From Coprobacillaceae bacterium (lineage in GTDB: Bacteria; Bacillota_I; Bacilli_A; Erysipelotrichales; Coprobacillaceae), in assembly GCA_963675515.1 (NCBI GenBank), contig OY776328.1, positions 270,001-302,000 on the forward strand: DNA of 32,000 bases. The letters run 5' to 3'. Numbering within the stretch: the first letter of the stretch is position 1; the number at the start of each line of letters is the position of its first letter. Below the pieces are notes generated by a model. It saw only the letters and a list, made by a program, of their open reading frames with translations, had not been told where the DNA came from and made no database searches. The position numbers and the translations under genes were made by a program. This document shows positions 1 through 8,871 of this stretch, in pieces.

Positions 1-10
1 AGTTGAAATG

Positions 11-64
11 AAAAAACCCCATCCTTGCAAAAAATCAACTCAGTGGCAGATTGTCAGGATGGGG
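11..64 (-). terminator. Putative intrinsic terminator downstream of the APH-like gene (long-loop hairpin plus T-run on the minus strand)
   Basis: A 9-bp stem pairs 17-25 (CCCCATCCT) with 56-64 (AGGATGGGG). A6 at 11-16 gives T6 on the minus strand directly after the stem. The 30-nt loop is unusually long. Confidence 0.4.
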
Positions 65-168
65 GCGGATATCAAAATTAAATGTTTGGGTTGCAACGCA
101 ATCGTCATGTTCTCAAGAAGGGACTTCGAGAAGCGCCTGAAAAAGGTCGTTGTTTCGGCTCCGGAGGA

Positions 169-975
169 CTAACTGTAATACTCTTCAAAAATATGGTACA
201 GAGTTTTCAAGGCGGCAGGATCGTCACTTGAAGATGCGTTTAACGCCTGATAAAGGGCCCAGTTCCGGGCTCTTTTTTTTGTCCCTTCATCCAGCCCGAG
301 TGCCTTGAAGAATAGATTTCGGCCGTCCTTGTCAAGACAACTGTAGCCCAGGGCATAGTTGAAAGCCTCATCACCATAGTAAGGCGTGGCTATTGCGTCG
401 ATCCCGATCAGGTACCCATCTTTTATGACCAGATCATCACAACTGACCAGCCCATATACAAAGGCATGATTTATCGGATCGGAAGATTCTTCGCCCTGGT
501 TAAGGATATCAGTATAGACTTTCTGGTCGTTGCTACAGGGCTGGGCTGCGATTATTTCCTTGAGCGGCCCGATTTTTGTTGAGAAGTCAATCTGATCGCG
601 ATCGCTAAAAATCCAAACCGGGAAATCGAGCGATTTAAGCCTTTTGAAAAAGTTTGCCAGTGTTGCGGCCAGTAATTTCGTATCGAAATCGTCAACTGAA
701 TCTTTTTTAGAATCGTCGACGATTGAAACAAGCAAAAAATGCAGACCGTTTTTCTGGCCGGAATCCAATATGACAGGCAAATCAAGCTCGAGTCTTTTTG
801 AAAGTGATGTGACCAGATCGAGGTGATTGAGGGTCTGGATAAAAATCGAATCATCATTAAAGATGTAAAGCTTGTTACGGTCGTATCTGTAGCAGGTACA
901 GTCGCTACTTTGTTCAATTACCGGCAAATCCAGGTTGGCGAACTGTTCGAATGTCTTGTAATCTAATATGTTCAT
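169..975 (-). CDS. Aminoglycoside/choline-kinase-type phosphotransferase (APH) fold protein with a degenerate catalytic loop
   Basis: 268-aa ORF with SD AAGGAGG about 7 nt upstream of the ATG. N-lobe pattern LDLPVILDSGQKNGLHFLLVS. LVIKDGYLIGID aligns by eye to APH(3') FVKDGKVSGFID. The Brenner motif HGDxxxxN reads YGLVSCDD. Confidence 0.6.
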   Translation of the reverse strand: MNILDYKTFEQFANLDLPVIEQSSDCTCYRYDRNKLYIFNDDSIFIQTLNHLDLVTSLSKRLELDLPVILDSGQKNGLHFLLVSIVDDSKKDSVDDFDTKLLAATLANFFKRLKSLDFPVWIFSDRDQIDFSTKIGPLKEIIAAQPCSNDQKVYTDILNQGEESSDPINHAFVYGLVSCDDLVIKDGYLIGIDAIATPYYGDEAFNYALGYSCLDKDGRNLFFKALGLDEGTKKRARNWALYQALNASSSDDPAALKTLYHIFEEYYS

Positions 976-995
976 GGCAAAACCTCCTTGGATAA

Positions 996-1024
996 ATCAT
1001 ATCACAAAGTGGAAGAATTGTCGG
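996..1024 (-). promoter_or_regulatory. Candidate sigma-A promoter for the APH-like gene
   Basis: The minus strand reads CCGACA-17 nt-TATGAT, with TG one base upstream of the -10 (TGaTATGAT, extended -10). It lies about 20 nt upstream of the SD. Confidence 0.4.
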
Positions 1025-1035
1025 GATTGATGCGC

Positions 1036-1058
1036 AAAAAAGCATCCCTGAAGGATGC
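1036..1058 (-). terminator. Intrinsic terminator after the PAP2 gene
   Basis: The minus strand reads GCATCC-TTCAG-GGATGC followed by TTTTTT, starting 4 nt after the PAP2 stop codon. Confidence 0.6.
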
Positions 1059-1061
1059 CGG

Positions 1062-1544
1062 TTAGAACAGGACGAATGCGAACAGGAAAGCGACAGCCAG
1101 TCCGCCAAGAATATCCGATATGTAATGGATGCCGCAGACTATTCGGAAAACCGATATGACTACCGCAATCGTTGTTACAACTATTCCCATGATTGGAAGA
1201 TAAGGAAGAAGTGAAAATCCGATTACAAATGCACTGGTGGCATGGCGTGAGGGGAATGATTCCCGGTCGTGTTTGACATCCCCGATGGGCTTGTAGTCGT
1301 ATACGGTGAATGGCCGCTTGCGCGATATCACCTTGCGAAATGCCGATGTCACCATGAAACATAGGAAAGGAACTAGTACCATCTTCAAGAAATGGTCTTG
1401 GAGATAATTGATTGCATAAATCAATGTGCAGGCATAAAGGAAAAAGACCATGAAAGGAAGGATTTTGTTCGCCCTCTTCAAAAATGATTTGAGGTTGGGT
1501 TTGGAGTTTATGCGGCTGACAAAGTAGAGATAGAAACTAGCCAT
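1062..1544 (-). CDS. PAP2-family membrane (lipid/undecaprenyl-diphosphate-type) phosphatase
   Basis: 160 aa and hydrophobic. Three PAP2 motifs are present: KVISRKRPF (Kx6RP), FPSRH (PSGH-like) and RIVCGIHYISD (Rx5Hx3D). Confidence 0.8.
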   Translation of the reverse strand: MASFYLYFVSRINSKPNLKSFLKRANKILPFMVFFLYACTLIYAINYLQDHFLKMVLVPFLCFMVTSAFRKVISRKRPFTVYDYKPIGDVKHDRESFPSRHATSAFVIGFSLLPYLPIMGIVVTTIAVVISVFRIVCGIHYISDILGGLAVAFLFAFVLF

Positions 1545-1767
1545 TTTTAAGCACCAATATTGTAATCCCGGGATTGGTTGTCAGTATTTTCCGGCTTACT
1601 CTTTTGTGACGGTATTGCTTGCGGACATAATCCCTTAGAATAGTCGATGAGTATCCATGAATGACTTCAATTTCCTGACAAAACGATGTCTGCGAATCGA
1701 TAAAATTGTCGATGGCCACTTTGGCTTCAATTTTGGTCATTGAATGAATGTCAACGGAATAATACAT
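1537..1767 (-). CDS. Minimal stand-alone Smr-domain protein
   Basis: The 76 aa match the Smr layout. VDIHSM corresponds to LDLHG, VIHGYSSTILRDYVRKQY to IIHGKGTGvLkxaV, and PGITILVLK to the C-terminal strand. SD AAGGAG is upstream. The stop overlaps the PAP2 start by 8 nt. Confidence 0.65.
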   Translation of the reverse strand: MYYSVDIHSMTKIEAKVAIDNFIDSQTSFCQEIEVIHGYSSTILRDYVRKQYRHKRVSRKILTTNPGITILVLKNG

Positions 1768-1834
1768 AACTAGCTCCTTTGTGACCGCGAAAGCTTGAAT
1801 CGCGGCATCCCAATAAAAATATAATGTTTACTAA

Positions 1835-1863
1835 ATTATAAGCAAGTTCGAAAAAAATTACAA
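1835..1863 (-). promoter_or_regulatory. Candidate sigma-A promoter for the Smr-PAP2 operon
   Basis: The minus strand reads TTGTAA-17 nt-TATAAT. The predicted 5' UTR of about 60 nt contains a CCGCGA/TCGCGG hairpin (1785-1805) just upstream of the SD. Confidence 0.5.
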
Positions 1864-1890
1864 CAAATTGTTTGTTTGGTCCAAGTTTTA

Positions 1891-1919
1891 TTGCTTTTAG
1901 TCGTTTTTTTAATTACAAT
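1891..1919 (+). promoter_or_regulatory. Candidate sigma-A promoter for ychF
   Basis: TTGCTT-17 nt-TACAAT lies about 30 nt upstream of the ychF ATG, with SD AAGGAG at 1935-1940. Confidence 0.5.
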
Positions 1920-1949
1920 GATTGTGAATATAATAAGGAGTGAACATAT

Positions 1950-3050
1950 ATGGCATTAACGGCAGGAATAGTTGGGTTACCAAATGTCGGTAAATCAACT
2001 TTGTTTAACGCAATTACAAACGCCCAGGTGGAGGCGGCAAACTATCCATTCGCGACAATCGACCCAAATGTCGGGGTGGTTGAAGTGCCTGACAAACGCT
2101 TGGACAAACTGACGGAGCTGGTTATCCCCAAAAAGACGGTTCCGACTACTTTTGGATTCACCGATATCGCCGGTCTTGTAAAAGGGGCATCGCGGGGCGA
2201 AGGTCTGGGAAACAAGTTTTTGGGCAACATCCGGGAAACGGATGCGATCTGTGAAGTTGTCCGTTGCTTCAGGGACAACGATGTGACCCATGTCGAAGGT
2301 GACGTCAATCCGATCAGGGATATCGAAACAATCAATCTGGAACTGATTTTTGCGGATCTGGAGTCGGTTGAAAAAAGAATGGCCCGTCTGGAAAAGAAAG
2401 CCAAATCAGGCGACAAGGAAGCAAAAGCCGAAATGGAGATTCTTGTTCCTTTGAAGGAACTGCTGGAAAATTCCAAACCGGCTAGGATGCTGCAGTTGGA
2501 AAAGGACCAGGAAGCGATCATCAAGCAATTCAATCTGCTTACTAGAAAACCGATCATCTATGTGGCCAACCTTGGTGAGGAGGATCTTGAAGATCCGACG
2601 CAAAACCCTTTCTATAATGAAGTTGTCGAATTCGCCAAACAGGAAGGGGCGGACGTGGTTCCGATCTGCGCTAAAATCGAAGCGGAGTTGGTCGGTCTTG
2701 ATCCTGAAGAAAAGGCGATGTTTCTAGCCGATCTGGGAATCGAAGAGAGTGGTCTTGACAAACTGATCAAGGAAGCCTACAAGATCCTTGGTCTTAGAAC
2801 ATACTTCACCGCCGGAGTTCAAGAAGTTAGAGCTTGGACTTTCAAGGAAGGAATGACGGCACCGGAAATGGCGGGAGTTATCCACAGCGATTTCCAAAAG
2901 GGATTCATCAGGGCAGAGACATACAGCTATGACGATTTGGTTGAATATGGCAGCGTCCAGGCTTTGAAGGAAGCCGGAAAGATCCGCCAGGAAGGTAAGC
3001 AATATGTCGGCCAAGATGGCGACATCATGCTTTTCAAATTCAACGTGTAA
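1950..3050 (+). CDS. ychF: Redox-regulated ribosome-binding ATPase YchF
   Basis: 366 aa. It has the N-terminal P-loop GIVGLPNVGKSTLFNAIT, the FTDIAGLVKGAS G3 region, and a C-terminal TGS-like end GDIMLFKFNV. Confidence 0.95.
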   Translation: MALTAGIVGLPNVGKSTLFNAITNAQVEAANYPFATIDPNVGVVEVPDKRLDKLTELVIPKKTVPTTFGFTDIAGLVKGASRGEGLGNKFLGNIRETDAICEVVRCFRDNDVTHVEGDVNPIRDIETINLELIFADLESVEKRMARLEKKAKSGDKEAKAEMEILVPLKELLENSKPARMLQLEKDQEAIIKQFNLLTRKPIIYVANLGEEDLEDPTQNPFYNEVVEFAKQEGADVVPICAKIEAELVGLDPEEKAMFLADLGIEESGLDKLIKEAYKILGLRTYFTAGVQEVRAWTFKEGMTAPEMAGVIHSDFQKGFIRAETYSYDDLVEYGSVQALKEAGKIRQEGKQYVGQDGDIMLFKFNV

Positions 3051-3832
3051 TGAAAAACGTGATCCGCAAGATCGTCATCGTATTTTGCGTTTCCGTGATT
3101 GTCTATTCGGGTTACAATCTGATCTCGCTTTATCTAGAATATCAAGCAATCGATCAGGCCAATCAGGAGCTTGTCGATGAATACGTTGCTCCAATTGAAG
3201 ATGATGGTGAAGATATCGAGCAACCTCCAGAAGAGCAGACGGTTGTTTACCAGCCGGGCCATTCAAGCATCGATTTCGAGTCTTTGTTAAGCCGTAATGA
3301 AGCGGTGGTCGGATGGCTCGAGATACCTGACACCCGGGTGGACTATCCGGTTCTTTTCCCAAGTTCGCCTAATGAATATCTCTATGCGGATATCGATCAT
3401 GAATATTTCCGGGCCGGTTCAATCTTCCTCGATTCGAGGATGTCCAATCCCTTTAACTGCAACAATACAGTCATCTACGGCCATAATATGAAAAACGGAT
3501 CGATGTTCCATGGCATCAAGCAGTATGTCAATCAGGATTTTGCCTTGGCGCATCCGTACATTTATTTTTACCAGACCGACGGATCGATTTTGGCATATAA
3601 GGTGATAGGAGCGGGAGTGATCAAAGCCACCGACGAATTCTATACCAACTACGATATCGATCTGCAGGAGTATTATAAGAAGATCAAGGATTACAGCTCG
3701 ATCGACATCGATTTCGATGACACGCTCGACAATCCGGTCATCATGCTATCGACATGTGCGACCGGTTCGTCCGACGAGTTGAATCGCTATGTGGTTCATG
3801 CAATAATGGACAAGTATTATCAGGCTAAATGA
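3050..3832 (+). CDS. srtB: Class B sortase
   Basis: 260 aa with an N-terminal TM anchor. Motifs are WLEIPDTRVDYPVLF, catalytic-His VIYGHNMKNGSMF, catalytic-Cys VIMLSTC, and a downstream Arg (NRYVVHA). The ATG overlaps the ychF stop (TAATG). Confidence 0.85.
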   Translation: MKNVIRKIVIVFCVSVIVYSGYNLISLYLEYQAIDQANQELVDEYVAPIEDDGEDIEQPPEEQTVVYQPGHSSIDFESLLSRNEAVVGWLEIPDTRVDYPVLFPSSPNEYLYADIDHEYFRAGSIFLDSRMSNPFNCNNTVIYGHNMKNGSMFHGIKQYVNQDFALAHPYIYFYQTDGSILAYKVIGAGVIKATDEFYTNYDIDLQEYYKKIKDYSSIDIDFDDTLDNPVIMLSTCATGSSDELNRYVVHAIMDKYYQAK

Positions 3833-3840
3833 ATGTCAAA

Positions 3841-3898
3841 GTGAAGACTGATTCAACCGCAAGTATGGGATTGGTCTTCACTTTTTTTGTATCAATTA
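3841..3898 (+). terminator. Intrinsic terminator after srtB
   Basis: GTGAAGAC (3841-3848) pairs with GTCTTCAC (3884-3891) and can extend with G-U pairs. T7 follows. Confidence 0.6.
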
Positions 3899-4065
3899 TT
3901 TGTCCAGGTTAACTGTTCCTGACCAATTTGATCGTAATTGATTGGTATCTTAAGCGTAAGATTCTGAGGGTGATTAATTGTAAAGAATTATGTAATTATC
4001 CAATCGTGCCTTTATTTATCGTTAAGAAAGTAGTATGATGAACTTAACATTAGGAGGCGTCTTAA

Positions 4066-5511
4066 GTGAATAAGAAAAATGTGGGGCTGTTCATCGTTTT
4101 TGTTTCATCGTTGCTTTTTATGTCGATAATATGGGGCAATAATAATTTTTCGACTGCGACCTTGAATCAGTTGATCTATCATACCAAGTTTACTGGCAGT
4201 GGCTTTGATCCGGGTATTGTGCTGTCTTGGCTGGTGCAGGCAATGTTGCCAAGCACGCTATTTTTTTTGTTTGTCCGGTTTACCTATAACCGATACTATG
4301 AGAAAAACAAAAACATTGTCCGGATCAATGGAATCCATCTGTCGATCGTATCACTGACGGCATTGCTAGTATTCACTTTGACAAATTACAGCGTATATGG
4401 ATACGTAACGAAGATCGCCCAGGTCAGTGATTTTTACGAAAACAACTATGTCGATCCGGCATCTGTAAATGTCGATTTTACCCAAAAGAGAAATCTTATC
4501 TATATCTACCTGGAATCGGTGGAGACGACATACATGTCTTCGGACAATGGCGGCTACAACAGCACAAGCCTGATGCCCGAATTGGAGCAGATCGCTTTGA
4601 ATAACACCAACTTCTCCAATACGGATGCCCTGGGTGGATGGCAGACTCTTGAAGGGACGCAGTGGACTATCGCTTCAATGATTTCCCAAAACGCCGGGAT
4701 ACCGGTTACTCTCAAGTTCGATGATGAAGAATACGCACCGGGTGATCCATATCTGTTGGGGTCATATTCACTTGGGGAAATCCTCGCGGAAAACGGATAC
4801 AAGAATGTACTGATCAAGGGTTCTGATGCTGATTTTGCAGGAACTTCAAACTTCTTTGAATCCCATGGCGATTATGAAATTCATGATTATAACAGCATGA
4901 TTACCGAAGGCTTCATTCCAGAAGACTATAAGGTTTTCTGGGGGATGGAAGACAGCAAGACCTATGCCTATGCCAAGGAAAAGCTGGAAGAACTGTCACA
5001 GTCGGACCAGCCCTTCAATCTTACTATGGTAACAGTAAACACTCACACTCCGGAGGGATACCTGGAGCCTGGAGCACCCACGCCTTACGATGACCAGTAT
5101 TCCAATGTGATTCTCGATGCATCCAGACAGGTAAGTGAATTCATCGACTACATCTCCCAACAGGATTATTATGAGGATACTACAATAATTGTAGTCGGTG
5201 ACCATCTGAGCATGTACGGCGAGTATTTCGCGTCAGTGGATGATGATTACCTACGGACACCATTCAATGTGATAATCAACAGTGCGGTGACAACCCAAAA
5301 CACTACCAATCGTCTTTTTGGCTCCATCGACATGTACCCGACAACAATAGCCGCCCTAGGCGGCCAAATAGAAGGTGAACAGCTTGGACTTGGGGTCAAT
5401 CTCTACAGCGACAAGCAGACATTGATCGAGCAATATGGCTTTGAATACGTGAACACCGAAATCCAGAAGTCTTCCAATTTCTATCAGGAAAAACTTCTAT
5501 ATCCCGAGTGA
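4066..5511 (+). CDS. LTA synthase / phosphoglycerol-transferase family (sulfatase-fold) membrane protein
   Basis: 481 aa with a GTG start 8 nt after AGGAGG. Three N-terminal TM helices precede an extracellular alkaline-phosphatase-superfamily domain. That domain carries YIYLESVE (metal Glu), GTQWTIASM (candidate Thr nucleophile), NTHTPEGY and VVGDHLS (Asp/His metal ligands). Confidence 0.75.
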   Translation: MNKKNVGLFIVFVSSLLFMSIIWGNNNFSTATLNQLIYHTKFTGSGFDPGIVLSWLVQAMLPSTLFFLFVRFTYNRYYEKNKNIVRINGIHLSIVSLTALLVFTLTNYSVYGYVTKIAQVSDFYENNYVDPASVNVDFTQKRNLIYIYLESVETTYMSSDNGGYNSTSLMPELEQIALNNTNFSNTDALGGWQTLEGTQWTIASMISQNAGIPVTLKFDDEEYAPGDPYLLGSYSLGEILAENGYKNVLIKGSDADFAGTSNFFESHGDYEIHDYNSMITEGFIPEDYKVFWGMEDSKTYAYAKEKLEELSQSDQPFNLTMVTVNTHTPEGYLEPGAPTPYDDQYSNVILDASRQVSEFIDYISQQDYYEDTTIIVVGDHLSMYGEYFASVDDDYLRTPFNVIINSAVTTQNTTNRLFGSIDMYPTTIAALGGQIEGEQLGLGVNLYSDKQTLIEQYGFEYVNTEIQKSSNFYQEKLLYPE

Positions 5512-5518
5512 AATACCG

Positions 5519-5567
5519 AGTCCTGAATTCCCTGGAATCCATCCAGGTGATCAGGACTTTGTTTTAT
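5519..5567 (+). terminator. Intrinsic terminator after the LtaS-family gene
   Basis: AGTCCTGA (5519-5526) pairs with TCAGGACT (5551-5558). There is an inner CCTGGA/TCCAGG stem, followed by TTGTTTT. Confidence 0.55.
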
Positions 5568-5764
5568 GTTTGATTTCATGTTGCTTGACATCCGATTGTC
5601 CGGTTCAGGTTAAGGAATAAAAGCTGGAAGCGGATTCATAATTTTAGGTGATGATGGTCATAATAATATATTGATTTATGATGATTACAAGGGCGAAAAT
5701 ATAAAAAAATTATATCCAAACTTATTCACTTATGTTATCATTAGGTTAATGAGGTGATGGCATA

Positions 5765-6364
5765 ATGGGGACAGTCTTAGTGGGGAAAAAGGATATCTTG
5801 GTTGTTAAGCGGTACTTGCTTAATGGTCTTGTGGTCTCTTTTCCCACCGAGACTGTTTTTGGTTTTGCGGCGAAGTACGATGATATGACCGCTGTTGACC
5901 GCCTTTTTGAAATCAAGGGTCGCGAAAAAACGAAGGCGATCACATTGATGGTGGATTCCGTGACGAGTGCGATGGATTTTTGCGACCTTAGCGAAGGTGA
6001 AAAGCAAGTCATGGAAAAACTGATGCCCGGGATGGTCACAATTGTCGTCAACAAGAAGAAGGATGCCTACATTCCTTATCTTGAACAGACGGTTGGAATC
6101 AGGATCCCCGATGACCGGTTCGTTCTCGATCTGTTGAAATTGACCGGACCGCTGTTAGTTACCTCGGCCAATCGATCGGGACAGGAAAGCATGGTTTCCA
6201 GCGATGAAGTATTGGCAGAGTTTCAAGATGAAATACCCCTGGTGGTCAGGGGCGAATGCCAGGGCAAGGTGCCCAGCACGGTATTCAAACTCGAAGACCA
6301 CGAAGTGACTGTGATCCGTGAGGGAACAGTCAGCAAACAAGAAATATTGGAGGCGTTTAAATGA
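5765..6364 (+). CDS. tsaC: L-threonylcarbamoyladenylate synthase, single-domain TsaC/YwlC type
   Basis: 199 aa. YrdC-domain motifs are VSFPTETVFGFAA, IKGREKTKAITLMV and LLVTSANRSGQES. SD GAGGTG lies 8 nt upstream. Confidence 0.9.
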   Translation: MGTVLVGKKDILVVKRYLLNGLVVSFPTETVFGFAAKYDDMTAVDRLFEIKGREKTKAITLMVDSVTSAMDFCDLSEGEKQVMEKLMPGMVTIVVNKKKDAYIPYLEQTVGIRIPDDRFVLDLLKLTGPLLVTSANRSGQESMVSSDEVLAEFQDEIPLVVRGECQGKVPSTVFKLEDHEVTVIREGTVSKQEILEAFK

Positions 6365-6801
6365 AAATAGCGTTAGCTTGTGATCATGGCGGGTTGGATC
6401 TGAAACACGCAATTATCAACTATCTTAAAGAAAACGGATACGAATACGAAGACTTTGGGACATACAGCAATGAGAGCTGTGACTATCCTGATTATGCGAA
6501 ACTGGCAGCCCGGGCTGTTGTCAACAAGGAGTGTGATCTGGGAATCCTGGTTTGCGGTACCGGCATCGGCATCGGCATTGCCGCAAACAAAATCAAGGGA
6601 GTGCGTTGTGCGCTTTGCAACGACGTCTTCTCGGCTAAGGCGACAAGAGCCCACAATGACGCCAACATGATGTCGATTGGCCAACGGGTGATCGGTGAAG
6701 GTCACGCTTTGGAAATTGTCGGAGCGTTTTTAAACGGGAAATTCGAAGGAGACCGCCACATTCGAAGAATAGAAAAAATGATGGCCTTGGAGGAAGAATA
6801 A
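6361..6801 (+). CDS. rpiB: Ribose-5-phosphate isomerase B
   Basis: 146 aa with MKIALACDHGG, GILVCGTGIGIGIAANK and ARAHNDANM. There is a 4-nt overlap with tsaC. Confidence 0.95.
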   Translation: MKIALACDHGGLDLKHAIINYLKENGYEYEDFGTYSNESCDYPDYAKLAARAVVNKECDLGILVCGTGIGIGIAANKIKGVRCALCNDVFSAKATRAHNDANMMSIGQRVIGEGHALEIVGAFLNGKFEGDRHIRRIEKMMALEEE

Positions 6802-8046
6802 ATGAGAGATACTGAAGTATTCAAATATGTTCAAAAGGAATTGGATCGGCAACGACAAAACATCGAGTTGATTGCATCTGAGAACTTTGTTTCGCCACAA
6901 ATTTTGGAATTGGCTGGCAGCGTGCTGACAAACAAGTATGCCGAAGGATACCCAGGCAAAAGATATTACGGTGGGTGCCAATACGTTGACGTGGTTGAAC
7001 AGCTGGCTATCGACCGTCTGAAAGAACTTTACGGAGCCGAGTATGCCAATGTCCAACCTCACAGCGGGGCACAGGCCAATACGGCAGTATACCTGGCAGT
7101 GCTGAACCATGGTGACAAGGTATTGGGGATGTCACTTAGCGACGGAGGACACTTGACTCATGGTCATCCATTGAACTATTCGGGAATCAACTATGACTTC
7201 CACAGCTACGGTGTGAAAAAGGAAAATGAAGTCATCGATTATGAAGACTTCAAAAACAAGGTTGAAACAATCAAACCAAAACTGATTGTGGCTGGAGCAA
7301 GCGCCTATTCAAGAATCATCGATTTCGAATACATGGCTAAAATAGCCCATGACAACGGAGCTCTTTTCATGGTGGATATGGCTCATATCGCCGGATTGGT
7401 TGCGGCAGGCGTACACCCTTCGCCATTCCCGTTTGCGGATATCGTGACCAGCACGACACACAAAACATTAAGAGGACCACGTGGCGGGGTAATAATGGCC
7501 AAAGCAGAGTTCCAGGCGGCAATAGACCGTGCGGTATTCCCAGGAATGCAAGGGGGACCTTTGGAACATATCATTGCGGCTAAAGCTGCCTGCTTCTTTG
7601 AAGCGTTGCAACCGGAGTTCAAAGATTACGCCAAACAAGTTGTGAAAAATGCGAAAGCACTTGAAGTTACATTAAAAGAAGAAGGATTCAGATTGGTGGC
7701 GGATGGTACCGACAACCACCTTATCCTCGTGGATGTCAAAGCAAGTTGCGGAATCTCAGGAAAGAAGGCTGAACGCCTGCTGGATGAGATCAACATCACT
7801 GCCAACAAGAATGCGATTCCTTTCGATACGGAAAAACCATTCAAAGCCAGCGGAATCCGCATCGGAACCCCGGCGATGACGACCAAAGGTTTCACTGAAG
7901 AAGATTTCGTTGAAGTCGGGAAAATAATCGCTTATCGCCTGAAAAACGAAGAGACTGACCAGATCAAGGAAGAGTGTCAGGCACGTGTCAAAAAGCTGAC
8001 CGACAAAATCACGATGTACAGTGATATCAATTACATACAGGAGTAG
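6802..8046 (+). CDS. glyA: Serine hydroxymethyltransferase
   Basis: 414 aa with [25 protein letters not shown] and the PLP-lysine motif [14 protein letters not shown]. Confidence 0.97.
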   Translation: MRDTEVFKYVQKELDRQRQNIELIASENFVSPQILELAGSVLTNKYAEGYPGKRYYGGCQYVDVVEQLAIDRLKELYGAEYANVQPHSGAQANTAVYLAVLNHGDKVLGMSLSDGGHLTHGHPLNYSGINYDFHSYGVKKENEVIDYEDFKNKVETIKPKLIVAGASAYSRIIDFEYMAKIAHDNGALFMVDMAHIAGLVAAGVHPSPFPFADIVTSTTHKTLRGPRGGVIMAKAEFQAAIDRAVFPGMQGGPLEHIIAAKAACFFEALQPEFKDYAKQVVKNAKALEVTLKEEGFRLVADGTDNHLILVDVKASCGISGKKAERLLDEINITANKNAIPFDTEKPFKASGIRIGTPAMTTKGFTEEDFVEVGKIIAYRLKNEETDQIKEECQARVKKLTDKITMYSDINYIQE

Positions 8047-8048
8047 AT

Positions 8049-8672
8049 ATGGCAACAAAAATTTTGAATCACAATCTTATCTCGCATAAACTTACTATAA
8101 TGCGGGATAAGAACACCAAGACTTACATTTTCAAACAGAATCTAGACGAAATAGCGATGCTGATGGCATACGAAGTGACCAAGGACATTCCGCTTAAAAA
8201 CAAGGAAATCGAGACGCCGATTTGCCCGATGGTGGGCAAGGAAATGTCGAAGGACGTCATTCTGGTTCCGATTCTAAGAGCCGGTATCGGGCTGGTTGAC
8301 GGTTTCAGGACTATCATTCCAAATGCCAAAATCGGACATATCGGAATGGCCCGTGACGAAGAAACACTTATGCCGGTCGAATACTACGCTAAGTTCCCTT
8401 CGGGTATTGATAAGGCCCGGGTTATCGTTCTGGATCCGATGCTGGCAACCGGCGGTTCGGCGATTGCGGTTTTGGATGTAGTAAAACAGCGTGGCGCAAA
8501 GGACATCCAGCTGGTATGTCTGGTTGGGGCGCCTGAAGGCTTGAAAGCTGTTGAAGAGGCTCATCCGGATGTCGATATTTATCTGGGGACTTTGGATGAA
8601 CGCCTGAACGAAAAGGGATATATCGTTCCTGGTCTGGGAGATGCTGGAGACCGGCTTTTTGGGACCGACTAG
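8049..8672 (+). CDS. upp: Uracil phosphoribosyltransferase
   Basis: 207 aa with [15 protein letters not shown]-binding [12 protein letters not shown] and [16 protein letters not shown]. Confidence 0.97.
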   Translation: MATKILNHNLISHKLTIMRDKNTKTYIFKQNLDEIAMLMAYEVTKDIPLKNKEIETPICPMVGKEMSKDVILVPILRAGIGLVDGFRTIIPNAKIGHIGMARDEETLMPVEYYAKFPSGIDKARVIVLDPMLATGGSAIAVLDVVKQRGAKDIQLVCLVGAPEGLKAVEEAHPDVDIYLGTLDERLNEKGYIVPGLGDAGDRLFGTD

Positions 8673-8871
8673 AAAGACAATCAGGATCATTATATTTGCC
8701 TTGGACCTGGTGTTCAGGATTGTCGGCACATATGCGCTTGCGGTGTTTGGCGGCAATTATCTCGATGCCCTGTTTGATACAGGAAAGACAATTCTGCTGA
8801 TATTTCTGTTTATGGCGTCTGTCAATGTCCTGTATACATTGGTGACAATTAGTAAAAAATATGGAAAATAG
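8641..8871 (+). CDS. atpZ: AtpZ/AtpR-like small membrane protein preceding atpI (start uncertain; TTG at 8659 is an alternative)
   Basis: 76 aa with two predicted TM helices ([23 protein letters not shown] and [18 protein letters not shown]), resembling the ATPase_gene1 family. It sits immediately upstream of and overlaps atpI, and overlaps the upp 3' end by 32 nt. Confidence 0.55.
   Translation: MLETGFLGPTRKTIRIIIFALDLVFRIVGTYALAVFGGNYLDALFDTGKTILLIFLFMASVNVLYTLVTISKKYGK

Noticed and set aside
1785-1805. CCGCGA-N9-TCGCGG hairpin between the Smr gene and ychF, considered as a terminator.
   Set aside because: No T-run follows on either strand. It lies within the predicted 5' UTR of the Smr-PAP2 transcript just upstream of the SD, so it is more likely a leader stem. 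It is noted under the promoter feature rather than as a terminator.
2042-2557. 171-aa minus-strand ORF, and the 98-aa ORF at 1995..2291, inside ychF.
   Set aside because: Both lie entirely antisense to a highly conserved gene. The translations are low-complexity and Ser/Arg-rich, and I saw no SD or promoter. These are typical shadow ORFs.
6562-6579. Tandem GGCATC repeats (ggcatcggcatcggcatt) inside rpiB.
   Set aside because: They encode the conserved GIGIGI active-site loop of RpiB. The repetition follows from the protein motif and is not a microsatellite of interest.
8274-8756. 160-aa minus-strand ORF spanning the upp and atpZ region.
   Set aside because: It is antisense to upp, has no ribosome-binding site, and its translation has no recognisable motif. 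It is a shadow ORF.
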